Below are positions 41,515 through 51,234 of a stretch of 64,000 nt of DNA, piece after piece. The notes beneath the pieces were generated by a model. The model worked only from the letters and a program-made list of their open reading frames with translations, was not told the origin of the DNA and ran no database searches. The number at the start of each line of letters is the position of its first letter. The stretch's first letter is position 1. The position numbers and the translations under genes were made by a program. The stretch comes from Candidatus Hydrogenedentota bacterium (lineage in GTDB: Bacteria; Hydrogenedentota; Hydrogenedentia; Hydrogenedentales; SLHB01): positions 86,914-150,913 of the forward strand of contig JADLHJ010000084.1 in NCBI GenBank assembly GCA_020848835.1, given 5' to 3'.

Positions 41515-42471
41515 ATGCGTATCGTCTTAACAATGGTTGGCATCGCGCTCGGGCTCGGCATTGCAGTGGTAGCCGGTGTGTATGGCTGGCAGGAGTACGA
41601 GTCCACGCGGCCAGCGGTGACGCCTGTCTCGACCACTTCAACGATCGTTGAAGAGAAAAAGACCGAAACGAGCACGCCGAAGCCTGTCGAGGTCTCGGCT
41701 CCGAAAACGGATCCAACGATGCAACCCGCGCCGGTTGTAGTGCCATCGACGCCAAAACCTGCGCCAACGCCGTCTGTGCCATCCGCGCCTTCTGCTACTA
41801 AGCCGGCAACTCCCGCAACGTCCACACCGCAAGCGCCAAAACCCGCTCAAACCGCTCCGGCACAGATGCAGACTCCAGGAACGCCGCCGGCGCAACAACC
41901 AGTGCCCGGCGAGGACAAGCCGATAGCGGAACCGGAGACACCGATAGTTGCGACGGCAGAGAAACTGGCGCAATTGATGGTTGGCATGACGGAGGACAAT
42001 GTCGTGCAAGCCATGGGCGTGGAAGGTGTAATGACGCCTGATGAATCTTTACCAAATTACACGCCAGATGGCTGGTATGAAGTGCGATGGCCAAACCCTG
42101 ACGGTTCTTACATCGCAGGATTGTTCAGCGATCGCGGCACGCTCGCCAATATCACGCCGTTCAATATGCCGGGCGCGGAAACCTGGACGGCAACGCCGTG
42201 GTATGCAGTGCCGCGCTGGTTGAACGACAAGCTAGAAGGCAACAGCATCCCGGTGCGCGTGGCTGCGGTGGATGTTGTCGAGGCGCAGGCGGGCGTTTAT
42301 CAATTCCGCGGGCCGTTGGCGAATGCCGAGGGTCAAGTACTGGGCTCGATTTCGGGGTCCTATTATTTACAAGATCCATCAGGGCGCTTCACGCGCGCGG
42401 TGGAAGGATCGTATGAGTACGCGCTGGCAAATGGCGCGGTGGATTCAAATACGTTTCAGTTTACGGAGTAA
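41515..42471 (+). CDS. Membrane-anchored hypothetical protein with a Pro/Thr/Ala-rich linker and a C-terminal globular domain
   Basis: N-terminal TM helix, about 120 aa of low-complexity 'PKP/APTP' linker, and a roughly 170-aa C-terminal domain; no family recognised. Confidence 0.5.
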   Translation: MRIVLTMVGIALGLGIAVVAGVYGWQEYESTRPAVTPVSTTSTIVEEKKTETSTPKPVEVSAPKTDPTMQPAPVVVPSTPKPAPTPSVPSAPSATKPATPATSTPQAPKPAQTAPAQMQTPGTPPAQQPVPGEDKPIAEPETPIVATAEKLAQLMVGMTEDNVVQAMGVEGVMTPDESLPNYTPDGWYEVRWPNPDGSYIAGLFSDRGTLANITPFNMPGAETWTATPWYAVPRWLNDKLEGNSIPVRVAAVDVVEAQAGVYQFRGPLANAEGQVLGSISGSYYLQDPSGRFTRAVEGSYEYALANGAVDSNTFQFTE

Positions 42472-42591
42472 AGGCTGCCTGACAGGGTATACTAAACCGT
42501 TACTGTCCGCCTGATCTTTGCCGAACCCCTACTCGCTGGATTTTGAAATTTCCCCTGCTACCAATCATTGGCTACGCCCACGGAGTATTAT

Positions 42592-44031
42592 ATGCGACGT
42601 TTTCAGATCGTTCCGGTCGCCTTGATTGCAGGTGTTTTGCTGGCGGCCCATCATACCTCTGCTGCGGAAATCGGGGGTCCCATCGCGCTGCACCCGGAGA
42701 ATCCCCATTACTTTATCTACCGGGGCAAACCCACCATTCTAATTACCTCCGCCGAACACTACGGAGCCGTGCTGAACCTGGATTTCGATTACAGGCGTTA
42801 CCTCGAAGAATTGCAGAGCCATAATCTTAACCTCACCCGCACGTTCTCCGGCACCTACCGCGAGTTTCCCGGCGATTTTGGCATCACCGACAACACCCTT
42901 GCCCCTAAACCCATGCGTTATCTGGCGCCATGGGCGCGAAGCGATACACCCGGCGCGTCCGACGGTGGCAACAAGTACGATTTGAACGAGTGGGATTCAG
43001 CGTACTTCGCGCGCTTGAAGGATTTTGTGGCTGAGGCGGAACGTCGGGGCGTCGTAGTAGAACTGACGATGTTCTGCACGCTCTATGAGGATGCGCAGTG
43101 GGAAGCATTGCCCATGAACGCGGCGAACAATGTCAACGGCATCGGCACCTGTTCACGGCACGAGGTCTTTAAACTGATACATGACGATTTGACGAACGTT
43201 CAAACGGCTTTCGTCAGCAAAGTGGTGGGGGAACTTAAAGACTGCAACAACCTCATCTTCGAGGTATGCAACGAGCCCTACCTGGAAGATTGTGTGTCAC
43301 ACGAGTGGCAGCAACGCGTTGTCGAAACCATCGTCGACGAGGAATCAAAACTGGGCGTCCGGCATCTGATATCCATGAACATTGCCAATGGCCGCGCCAA
43401 AGTCACTGACCCCGTACCCGGTGTGTCCGTGCTTAATTTTCATTATGCGTATCCCCCCGATGCCGTCTCCATGAACTACCACCACAACCTCGTCATCGGC
43501 GAAAACGAGACAGGCTTTCGTGGCAAGGAAGATATCCTCTACAGAACCGAGGCTTGGGATTTTCTGCTGGCCGGCGGCGGCTTGTTCAACAGTCTGGACT
43601 GGTCGTTCATGACGAGCCACCCCACGGGCGACACAGTGAAGTACGATTCGCCGGGTGGCGGCAGCCGGACCCTGCGCAATCAGATGAACATACTTCGATC
43701 GTTTATCGAAGGGTTTGATTTTCTGCGCATGGCACCGGGCGCAGCGTTCGTACAAGACGCCTCGCCGGACGTTTCTGTGCAAGTATTCGCGAATCCAGGA
43801 TCCGCCTATGCCATATACCTTCGCATTGCGGATCCGAAGTCCGAAAACAAATCCGTGGCCAAGGGCTGGCTCACTATCACCATGCCGGAAGGACCTTACA
43901 GACTCCAATGGCTGAATCCAAAAACCGGCGAGGCCGTTGGCGATGATACAATCGATCACAAAGGAGGCGGCCGTCGTATCCAGATCCCGCCATTTGAGGA
44001 AGACGTCGCACTGTCCATTCGAAAATCGTAG
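42592..44031 (+). CDS. GH5-like (cellulase-superfamily TIM barrel) glycoside hydrolase, secreted
   Basis: Signal peptide 'MRRFQIVPVALIAGVLLAAHHTSAA'. The 'LIFEVCNEPY' motif is the catalytic acid/base 'NEP' of clan GH-A. A more exact family is not assignable by eye. Confidence 0.55.
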   Translation: MRRFQIVPVALIAGVLLAAHHTSAAEIGGPIALHPENPHYFIYRGKPTILITSAEHYGAVLNLDFDYRRYLEELQSHNLNLTRTFSGTYREFPGDFGITDNTLAPKPMRYLAPWARSDTPGASDGGNKYDLNEWDSAYFARLKDFVAEAERRGVVVELTMFCTLYEDAQWEALPMNAANNVNGIGTCSRHEVFKLIHDDLTNVQTAFVSKVVGELKDCNNLIFEVCNEPYLEDCVSHEWQQRVVETIVDEESKLGVRHLISMNIANGRAKVTDPVPGVSVLNFHYAYPPDAVSMNYHHNLVIGENETGFRGKEDILYRTEAWDFLLAGGGLFNSLDWSFMTSHPTGDTVKYDSPGGGSRTLRNQMNILRSFIEGFDFLRMAPGAAFVQDASPDVSVQVFANPGSAYAIYLRIADPKSENKSVAKGWLTITMPEGPYRLQWLNPKTGEAVGDDTIDHKGGGRRIQIPPFEEDVALSIRKS

Positions 44032-44288
44032 AAACGGCGGGCGCAATTTGCAGTAACAAAGCGAGTATGCTTAACGGTCAATGAAGTTCAGGTTGCGCGT
44101 GAGCGACTACGCCCATTTCCAATTCACATTGAATCGTGTGGTAAAGGAAGATTGCAATAAACTCCAAAGTGCAGGAGTTTATATGGCGAAGTCTTAGGCG
44201 ATTCACTTTGTGCTATTGCAACTCGCCGAATTCTCGAATTAGTAACCTCTTCAAAGAAAGTCCTGCCCTGTGTATCGATGGAAATGAA

Positions 44289-45098
44289 TTAACGATCATA
44301 CGCCATATTGTGCGCGGCCCAATCAATCATCGTGGTGTCGAAGACAGGACCGTCGAGACACACACGGACCATCTTCTCCCCTTCCTTCTCGCTCTTCGAT
44401 TCTACCACGCAGCCAAGACAGGCGCCGTCGCCGCAGGCCATCTGGGCTTCGAGCGAAACGACACAGTCCGCGCCCGCCGCCATCGCGACGTCGGATGTCG
44501 TCTTCATCATGATCATCGGCCCGCAGACGTATACGCGGCAGCTCGGGTTCGGCCGGAGCTTTTCCAGCATCTGTGACGCAAATAGTTTCTCGCCTGCGGA
44601 GCCATCGTCGGTGGCGATGTACACCTTGCAGCCGAGTTCGCGGAATTCGTCCGCACACAGGATCAAATGTTTCGAGCGCGCGGCGAGAATCACTTCGGGC
44701 GCGACATCGCACTTACGGACGATTGCCTCCGCCAATGCCGGAAATGTGGCAACGCCAATGCCACCAGACACAATGATGTGACGCTCGAATGAGTCGTCGA
44801 TGGGAAATCCGTTCCCAAGCGGGCCCTGCACATTGAGCGTGGTGCCAGGACGCATCTTGGAAAGCAGGCGGGTGCCCTCCCCTTCTGCTTTATACAGAAT
44901 GGATACGTGATCGCGCTGGATGCGTTCAAAACACATGGGCCGGCGCAGGAACGGCGAGAGACCTTCCGCGACTTGCAGCATACAGAACTGTCCCGCAATC
45001 GCGGTGCGCGACAATTCCGGCGCATTGATGCGCATGCGGAATTGCTCCGGCGCCACTTCGTCGTTTTCGACGACTTCACATTCGAGGAGATAGCGCAT
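44289..45098 (-). CDS. PyrK-like flavoprotein: FAD/NAD-binding oxidoreductase with a C-terminal 2Fe-2S cluster; dihydroorotate dehydrogenase electron-transfer-subunit family
   Basis: C-terminal 'ACGDGACLGCVV...VRVCLDGPVFD' Cys cluster and ferredoxin-NADP-reductase-like N-terminal domains. No pyrD is adjacent. Confidence 0.65.
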   Translation of the reverse strand: MRYLLECEVVENDEVAPEQFRMRINAPELSRTAIAGQFCMLQVAEGLSPFLRRPMCFERIQRDHVSILYKAEGEGTRLLSKMRPGTTLNVQGPLGNGFPIDDSFERHIIVSGGIGVATFPALAEAIVRKCDVAPEVILAARSKHLILCADEFRELGCKVYIATDDGSAGEKLFASQMLEKLRPNPSCRVYVCGPMIMMKTTSDVAMAAGADCVVSLEAQMACGDGACLGCVVESKSEKEGEKMVRVCLDGPVFDTTMIDWAAHNMAYDR

Positions 45099-45111
45099 TA
45101 ATTTCCTTAAA

Positions 45112-45390
45112 TCATCTACGCAGGCGCTTTTGCCCCTGCAGCATTTTTAGTTTTTCTGGGTTCTCAGCGTAAAGCTCGATAAAGCCGCAATCGGTACACA
45201 CATCCGCCACTATCTGAACGTCGCGCGCTCCCTTGAAAATCATCGCGCTCGGATTTTCGTACGCCCGAACGCTCGCTGGCTTTGGAGCCACATATTCGAC
45301 ATAGTCGTTCAGTTGGGCGCCAATATGCACATCTTTCGATCCGCATTTCGGGCACGCTCTTTTTCCACGCATGCTTGCGGGTTTCCCCAT
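45112..45390 (-). CDS. Zinc-ribbon domain protein (92 aa)
   Basis: Cys pairs 'CPKCGS' and 'CTDCGF' lie about 50 residues apart; the protein is basic. It lies between disA and the PyrK-like gene with gaps of 2 and 13 nt. Confidence 0.45.
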   Translation of the reverse strand: MGKPASMRGKRACPKCGSKDVHIGAQLNDYVEYVAPKPASVRAYENPSAMIFKGARDVQIVADVCTDCGFIELYAENPEKLKMLQGQKRLRR

Positions 45391-45392
45391 GT

Positions 45393-46478
45393 CTAGCGCC
45401 GCACGCGGTCCATCGCCAACTGGTTGCGCAGGCTGTTCAAGCTAAGGCGTATTCTTTCGGCAAGCACCTCGCCGATGCCATCGACGGTGCAAAGCTCTTC
45501 CTTCGGCGCGCGCATAATTTGTTGCAACGATCCAAATTTCTGCACGAGGTTTTCGATGATCTGTGGCGTAAGCCGGCGCGTCTGTGTAAGTATGCGGTAG
45601 CCGCGCGGCGAAAGATACGTGTCGATACTTTTCAGGTTTGCGCTATAGCCGAGGGCATTGCTGATGTTCGACAGTTCGAGCAGTTCTTCTGCCGAGACTT
45701 CCGCCATGCGTTCGAGGGCCTGATCGTATTTGATACCGCCTTTTTCGCGGTAGTAATCCTTCACCACAAGCTGCGCTTCTTCGAACGGAATCAATAATTC
45801 CTGAAGTTGCATATCGACCAGGCGGCCTTCGCTGCCAAGTTCCAGAATAAATGGTTCAATCTCTCGGGCAATGCGCGTGCCCATTTCGCTGCGTTGGACC
45901 GCTTTGCACACGTCGAAAATCGTGACCACGTCTTCAAACTCGCGCGTGCTGAGCTCGGTCGTCGCCTGGTCCAGCGCACGCACATATTTCTCCAGCGTGT
46001 TCAGCGCCTGCATCGATTTGTTCAGGAGCGTCGAGATGCTGTCGAGGATATGCTTCGCGTCATGCACGTATAGCGTTACCGTCGAACGCCGTTCCGACAC
46101 GGCGACCACAATGCAACCGGTCTGTTTCGCAAGGCGCTCCGCGGCGCGGTGGCGCGTGCCTGTTTCATCCGTAGGTATCGATGAATCGGTCTTGATGAAA
46201 CGGTTCGCGTACATGATCCGCGTGCCGTCTTCATTGAGAATGATTGCGCCGTCCATCTTCGCCACTTCGTAGAGCAGTTGCGGCGTGACCTCGGTATCGA
46301 TCTCTACGCCGCCTTCCGACGTATCGGCAAGGCGTTTCGTATCACCGATGCAAATGAGCGCTCCGTTGCGGCTCTGAATAATCGCCGCGATCGCCTCGCG
46401 CAATTCCGTGCCGGGCGACACCATCAATAGCGCATCGCGCAATGCAGCCTTGTTCTTTTGCCGGGACTTTCTCGCCAT
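45393..46478 (-). CDS. disA: DNA integrity scanning protein DisA (diadenylate cyclase; c-di-AMP synthase)
   Basis: DAC domain with 'DGAIIL' and 'TGTRHRAAERLAKQTGCIVVAVSE'; a helical linker and a C-terminal HhH DNA-binding domain ('ELCTVDGIGEVLAERI'). 361 aa. Confidence 0.85.
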   Translation of the reverse strand: MARKSRQKNKAALRDALLMVSPGTELREAIAAIIQSRNGALICIGDTKRLADTSEGGVEIDTEVTPQLLYEVAKMDGAIILNEDGTRIMYANRFIKTDSSIPTDETGTRHRAAERLAKQTGCIVVAVSERRSTVTLYVHDAKHILDSISTLLNKSMQALNTLEKYVRALDQATTELSTREFEDVVTIFDVCKAVQRSEMGTRIAREIEPFILELGSEGRLVDMQLQELLIPFEEAQLVVKDYYREKGGIKYDQALERMAEVSAEELLELSNISNALGYSANLKSIDTYLSPRGYRILTQTRRLTPQIIENLVQKFGSLQQIMRAPKEELCTVDGIGEVLAERIRLSLNSLRNQLAMDRVRR

Positions 46479-46547
46479 CGGATGACCTTTTCTAGTCGTT
46501 GGACAGTATCGGTCGATAGTCTACAGAAGCGCGCCACACAATTGCGA

Positions 46548-47027
46548 TTAAACAATAGGCGGCCGGGATTTCGAGGGCAAAAACTGTCTATCTGTCAGAA
46601 TTGGCTCGGCCCTCAAAGTCTGCTCGAAACCCGTCGCGCCGAACGTCAGGGTTCCCTCGTGCGTCATGCTGCTGAGTTTAAATGTCCACGCGTAATAGGG
46701 CTGATCGAAAAACGCCTTCTTCTCGGTAACAAGTTCTCTCTTCGTCTCAATGATCGACGGCTGATTTGATATCACTTGATAACCGCTGCTCCGCCCAGGA
46801 AGGCTCAAAGCAAAATCGGTCACGTCGTGAAACGTCAATGTCGCCGGGGCCACACGAAATGCTGACGGGCCGCATTGCACCCATTCGACTATAACGTCGA
46901 TGTCCAATACCAAATCGCTCGTCCAGTCATCGGCATCGGTGTCACCCAATACAAATTGGAATCCATGAATCTTGGAGTCGTGCCAGGTCCATGGATCGAA
47001 CTCCGAATCTCGGTTGGTGAAGAACAT
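46548..47027 (-). CDS. Hypothetical protein (159 aa) inserted between radA and disA
   Basis: Long ORF with a 5-nt gap to the radA stop and a 70-nt gap to the disA start, on the same strand. No family recognised. Confidence 0.45.
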   Translation of the reverse strand: MFFTNRDSEFDPWTWHDSKIHGFQFVLGDTDADDWTSDLVLDIDVIVEWVQCGPSAFRVAPATLTFHDVTDFALSLPGRSSGYQVISNQPSIIETKRELVTEKKAFFDQPYYAWTFKLSSMTHEGTLTFGATGFEQTLRAEPILTDRQFLPSKSRPPIV

Positions 47028-47032
47028 GGCGG

Positions 47033-48394
47033 TTAACGGTCCAATGCAACATCAATGGCTTGTGACACGGTGTTGACCGGCACGATCTCGATGTCCCCCT
47101 CGCGGACATCTGCGGCGCAGGACTTGGGTAGGATACACCGTGAGAAGCCAAACTTCGAGGCTTCGGCCACACGCGCGCGGGCCATGTCCACGGCCCGTAT
47201 TTCCCCAGCGAGTCCTACCTCGCCAAATATCGCGATATCTGAGGCGACGGGAAGTTCTAGCAGACTCGACATTAACGCGACGGCCACCGCGAGATCGGCG
47301 GCGGGTTCATCAAGCTTCACGCCGCCGGCAACGTTCACAAACACGTCCTTATCGGCGATATGCGCACCCGCGCGTTTCTCGAGCACAGCGAGAATCAACG
47401 CGACGCGGTTCGGATTGATTCCCGCCACCGTGCGGCGCGGCGACGCCAGCGGCGTGTCGCCCACGAGGGCTTGCACCTCTACGAGCAAAGGCCGCGTGCC
47501 TTCCACGCTGGGAATGACGACGGAACCGCTGACACCTTTCGGGCGCTCGCTGAGGAACAACGCGCTCGGGTTGGGCACTTCGCGCAGGCCCGCCTCGGTC
47601 ATCTCAAACACGCCGATTTCGTTGGTCGATCCGAAGCGGTTCTTCACCGCACGCAGGATTCGCAGCGCCTGCTTGCCTTCGCCCTCGAAGTAAAGGACTG
47701 TATCGACCAGATGTTCAAGCAGCCGGGGGCCCGCGATGGAGCCATCTTTGGTTACATGACCGACGAGAAACACTGGGACCGAAGAGCCTTTAGCAAGGCG
47801 CAGAAACTCGTTGGCGCAATCGCGCACTTGGCTTACGCTACCGGGCACCGCAGCAAGGTCGGGCGTGTACATCGATTGGATTGAATCCACGACGACTAGC
47901 GCGTAGTCGTCCTTCTTGATTTGATTGCGCACCGAGTCGAGCGACGTCTCCGTGTAGATCAAGAGGCGATCGCTCAATGTACCGAGCCGCGACGCGCGCA
48001 TACGCGTCTGATCGAAGGACTCTTCACCCGACACGTACAACACGGGTCCCGCCGCTTCCGCCACGCAATGCGAGATTTGCAGCATCAGCGTGGACTTGCC
48101 AATCCCCGGGTCGCCGCCAATGAGAATCAGCGACCCCGGCACAATCCCGCCACCCAGCACCCGATCCAGTTCAGTCAGCGCGGTACCCTGGCGATTAGGG
48201 GCGGGTTGCGACCGATCGGTAATCGGAGTCGGCGCCGCGCCGTCTTTCATGGCAGGGCGCACGTGTGTGCCAGATTCGATGACCTGCTCTTCGACGACTG
48301 AGTTCCACTCGTTGCACTCGGGACAACGCCCCACCCAGCGCACGAGCACAGCGCCGCAGGATTGACAGACGAAAGTTGATTTGGTCTTGGCCAT
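47033..48394 (-). CDS. radA: DNA repair protein RadA/Sms
   Basis: N-terminal zinc ribbon 'CQSCG...CPECNEW', RecA-like ATPase with Walker A 'GDPGIGKST', and a Lon-protease-like C-terminal domain. The start is set to the internal ATG 'MAKTKSTFVCQSCG' at 48394. Confidence 0.9.
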   Translation of the reverse strand: MAKTKSTFVCQSCGAVLVRWVGRCPECNEWNSVVEEQVIESGTHVRPAMKDGAAPTPITDRSQPAPNRQGTALTELDRVLGGGIVPGSLILIGGDPGIGKSTLMLQISHCVAEAAGPVLYVSGEESFDQTRMRASRLGTLSDRLLIYTETSLDSVRNQIKKDDYALVVVDSIQSMYTPDLAAVPGSVSQVRDCANEFLRLAKGSSVPVFLVGHVTKDGSIAGPRLLEHLVDTVLYFEGEGKQALRILRAVKNRFGSTNEIGVFEMTEAGLREVPNPSALFLSERPKGVSGSVVIPSVEGTRPLLVEVQALVGDTPLASPRRTVAGINPNRVALILAVLEKRAGAHIADKDVFVNVAGGVKLDEPAADLAVAVALMSSLLELPVASDIAIFGEVGLAGEIRAVDMARARVAEASKFGFSRCILPKSCAADVREGDIEIVPVNTVSQAIDVALDR

Positions 48395-48554
48395 GAGGAT
48401 TTCCGAGTAACGGAGGATTCTAGCCTCTTCTACGCGTATGGTTCTACCGTGATTGAAAGCCGAATTGGAAATAGGCTTTACGAATTCGCCTCGGCGCACA
48501 TGAATTTGCTATAAAACGCTCCATTTTCTTTTGTTTTACGCACTTGGGAATATC

Positions 48555-49811
48555 ATGGAAAAACTACGGTTCTTGAATGAGGCGCACGTGCGCGGCATTC
48601 GCGGGGAGTACGGTACACCTGCGTATGTCTATGACGAAGAGACCTTGCGCGCCTACGCGAAAGCGTTGCTTGCGACGCCGAATGCATACGGCCTCACCGC
48701 GCGCTTCGCGATGAAGGCACTGCCTTGTACGGCGGTGGTGCAGATTTTCTCGGGCATGGGGCTGCAAGTGGATTGCAGCAGTGGCTACGAGGCGGAGCGC
48801 GCGCTGCGTGCGGGCGTGCCGCCGTCCCACATCCAAATCACCGCGCAGCAATTGCCGCACAATTTGCAGGAGTTGATCGAGCAGGGCGTGCTGTTTACGG
48901 CCTGTTCGCTGTATCAGCTCGATGCCTACGGAAATCTGTTCCCCGGCACGGAAGTCTGCGTACGCATCAACCCCGGTCTCGGGTCCGGTCACAGCAACCG
49001 CACGAACGTCGGCGGGCCTGCGGCGAGCTTTGGTATCTGGCACGAGCACCTCGACGAGGTGGAGCGCATCCGTGCGGAGCACAGCCTCACCATCTCGCGC
49101 ATGCACACCCACATTGGCTCCGGCGCGGATCCGGACGCCTGGCACACCTGCGCGCAGATGTCGCTCAGCATCGCCGCAAAACTGCCGCAGGTGCGCACGC
49201 TTAGCCTGGGTGGCGGATTCAAAGTGGGGCGCATGGCGCTGGAACCTTCAGCAGACTTGCAGGTGATTGGAAATCGAATCACCACCGACTTCGAAGAGTT
49301 CTATGCAAAACACGGGCGCAAGCTGCATCTCGAACTCGAGCCTGGCACGTTTCTCGTGGCAAATGCGGGCGCCATCGTATGCACAATCATCGACGTCGTT
49401 GATACGGGTGCGAACGGTTACAACTTCATTAAGACCGACACCGGCATGACGGAGGTTTTGCGGCCGAGTCTGTACGGCGCGCAGCATCCGCTCATCGTCG
49501 TGCCCGCAACGCCGGAAAAACGCGGGACGATGGATTGCATCGTCGTGGGGCATTGCTGCGAGAGTGGGGACATCCTTACACCGGAGCCGGGCAATCCGGA
49601 AGGGCTGCAACCGCGCACGTTGCTTGAACCGAAAATTGGCGATCTGCTGGTAATCGGCGGCGCGGGCGCGTACTGCGCGGGAATGTCGTCCAAAAACTAC
49701 AACTCGTTTCCGGAAGCGCCGGAGGTGCTGCTCACGTCGAAGGGGGATTTTCGGTTATTGCGCAAACGTCAGACGCTTGACCAAGTGATTGCAAACGAGA
49801 TTCCGCTGTAA
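48555..49811 (+). CDS. PLP-dependent decarboxylase of the Orn/DAP/Arg decarboxylase family 2 (diaminopimelate decarboxylase-like)
   Basis: Alanine-racemase-like TIM barrel plus beta-sandwich architecture, with a 'CESGD' active-site Cys motif and 'GGG' phosphate-binding loops. The exact substrate cannot be called by eye. Confidence 0.6.
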   Translation: MEKLRFLNEAHVRGIRGEYGTPAYVYDEETLRAYAKALLATPNAYGLTARFAMKALPCTAVVQIFSGMGLQVDCSSGYEAERALRAGVPPSHIQITAQQLPHNLQELIEQGVLFTACSLYQLDAYGNLFPGTEVCVRINPGLGSGHSNRTNVGGPAASFGIWHEHLDEVERIRAEHSLTISRMHTHIGSGADPDAWHTCAQMSLSIAAKLPQVRTLSLGGGFKVGRMALEPSADLQVIGNRITTDFEEFYAKHGRKLHLELEPGTFLVANAGAIVCTIIDVVDTGANGYNFIKTDTGMTEVLRPSLYGAQHPLIVVPATPEKRGTMDCIVVGHCCESGDILTPEPGNPEGLQPRTLLEPKIGDLLVIGGAGAYCAGMSSKNYNSFPEAPEVLLTSKGDFRLLRKRQTLDQVIANEIPL

Positions 49812-49899
49812 TCGCGAGGTTTGCCCTTCCCTTCCGAATTGATCCAGAATGTCGTGTTTGGGCGGTTACAGTATCTTACCGAATTAGGGAGAATTACCT

Positions 49900-51216
49900 A
49901 TGCCACTATCACGCAGAAGTTTTATGGGCCGGTCCGGCGCGGCAATGATCGCGGGGAGCATGGCATCGTCATCCGTTTGGGGTGCAAACGAACGCATTAG
50001 CGTCGGCGTTATTGGGTGCGGCGGACGCGGCACCGGTTCGCATGTCAATCAATTTTGCGACCGCGACTACGTTGACTTGGTCGCGTTGTGCGATGCGAAG
50101 CAGGACGCCGCAACCGGCAGCGCCAACATGATGGAAACGAAAAAGAAAAAGCGTCCGAAGACCTACACGGATATGCGCGAGCTGCTCGACGACAAGTCCA
50201 TCGACGCGGTGAGCATCGCCACCCCCAACCATTGGCACACGCTGGCGGCGATCTGGTCGATGCAGGCAGGGAAAGATGTCTATCTCGAAAAGCCCTGCTC
50301 GCACAACGTCTGGGAAGGCCGGCAACTTGCCAATGCGGCGAAGAAATATGAACGAATCATCCAGCACGGCACACAGATTCGCAGCAGCAAGGCCGTCCAG
50401 GAAGGCATACAAAAGCTGAAGGACGGCGTCATCGGCGAGGTGTACATGGCCCGCGGGCTTTGCTACAAGACGCGTCGCGCCGTCGATAAAGTGCCGAACG
50501 AAGCGCCGCCTGCGGACCTGGATTGGAATTTGTGGCAGGGGCCGGCACAAGAACGCGAGTACAACAAAACTATCGTTCCTTACAACTGGCACTGGTATTG
50601 GGCCTACGGCAACAGCGACATGGGCAACCAAGGCGTCCACCAGATGGACATCGCGCGCTGGGGTCTCGGCGTTGACCACCCTTCAAAGATCAGCGCAATG
50701 GGCGGCAGGTTTCTGTTCGACGACGCCAAAGAAACGCCAAACGTGATCACGACTGCCTTTCACTATCCCGACGCGGGCACAATGGGCCGCATGCTGGTGT
50801 TTGAGACACGGCCGTTCCGCTCACCGGAAATCAACCACGAAGCCGGTGTGAATGTCGGCGTGATTTTTTACGGGGCCAACGGCTACATGGTAATCCCGAG
50901 CTATTCCAAGTATCAGACATTTCTCGGCGAGAAAGGCGAACCTGGACCGACCAATGAAGACTCAGATCCGGAGACGGCCCATTTCGACAACTTCCTCGAA
51001 TGCGTGAAGACGCGAAAAGCCGAGGCGATTGCAGCGCCTATCGTGGAAGGTCACATTTCGTCGTCACTCTGCCATCTGGGATTGATCTCGACGAAACTTG
51101 GCCGCAGCTTGGATTTCGATCCTGTGAAGGAACAGGTCATCGGCGACGAGGAAGCAAACGCGATGTTGACGCGCAACTATCGCGCGCCGTTTACGGTACC
51201 AGCGATCGAAGCGTAA
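49900..51216 (+). CDS. Gfo/Idh/MocA-family NAD(P)-dependent oxidoreductase with a twin-arginine (TAT) signal; GH109-like architecture
   Basis: 'MPLSRRSFMGRSGAAMIAGS' is a TAT motif, and the Rossmann 'VGVIGCGGRG' follows. 438 aa. Confidence 0.75.
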   Translation: MPLSRRSFMGRSGAAMIAGSMASSSVWGANERISVGVIGCGGRGTGSHVNQFCDRDYVDLVALCDAKQDAATGSANMMETKKKKRPKTYTDMRELLDDKSIDAVSIATPNHWHTLAAIWSMQAGKDVYLEKPCSHNVWEGRQLANAAKKYERIIQHGTQIRSSKAVQEGIQKLKDGVIGEVYMARGLCYKTRRAVDKVPNEAPPADLDWNLWQGPAQEREYNKTIVPYNWHWYWAYGNSDMGNQGVHQMDIARWGLGVDHPSKISAMGGRFLFDDAKETPNVITTAFHYPDAGTMGRMLVFETRPFRSPEINHEAGVNVGVIFYGANGYMVIPSYSKYQTFLGEKGEPGPTNEDSDPETAHFDNFLECVKTRKAEAIAAPIVEGHISSSLCHLGLISTKLGRSLDFDPVKEQVIGDEEANAMLTRNYRAPFTVPAIEA

Positions 51217-51234
51217 CGGGAAGGATTTAGCTTA

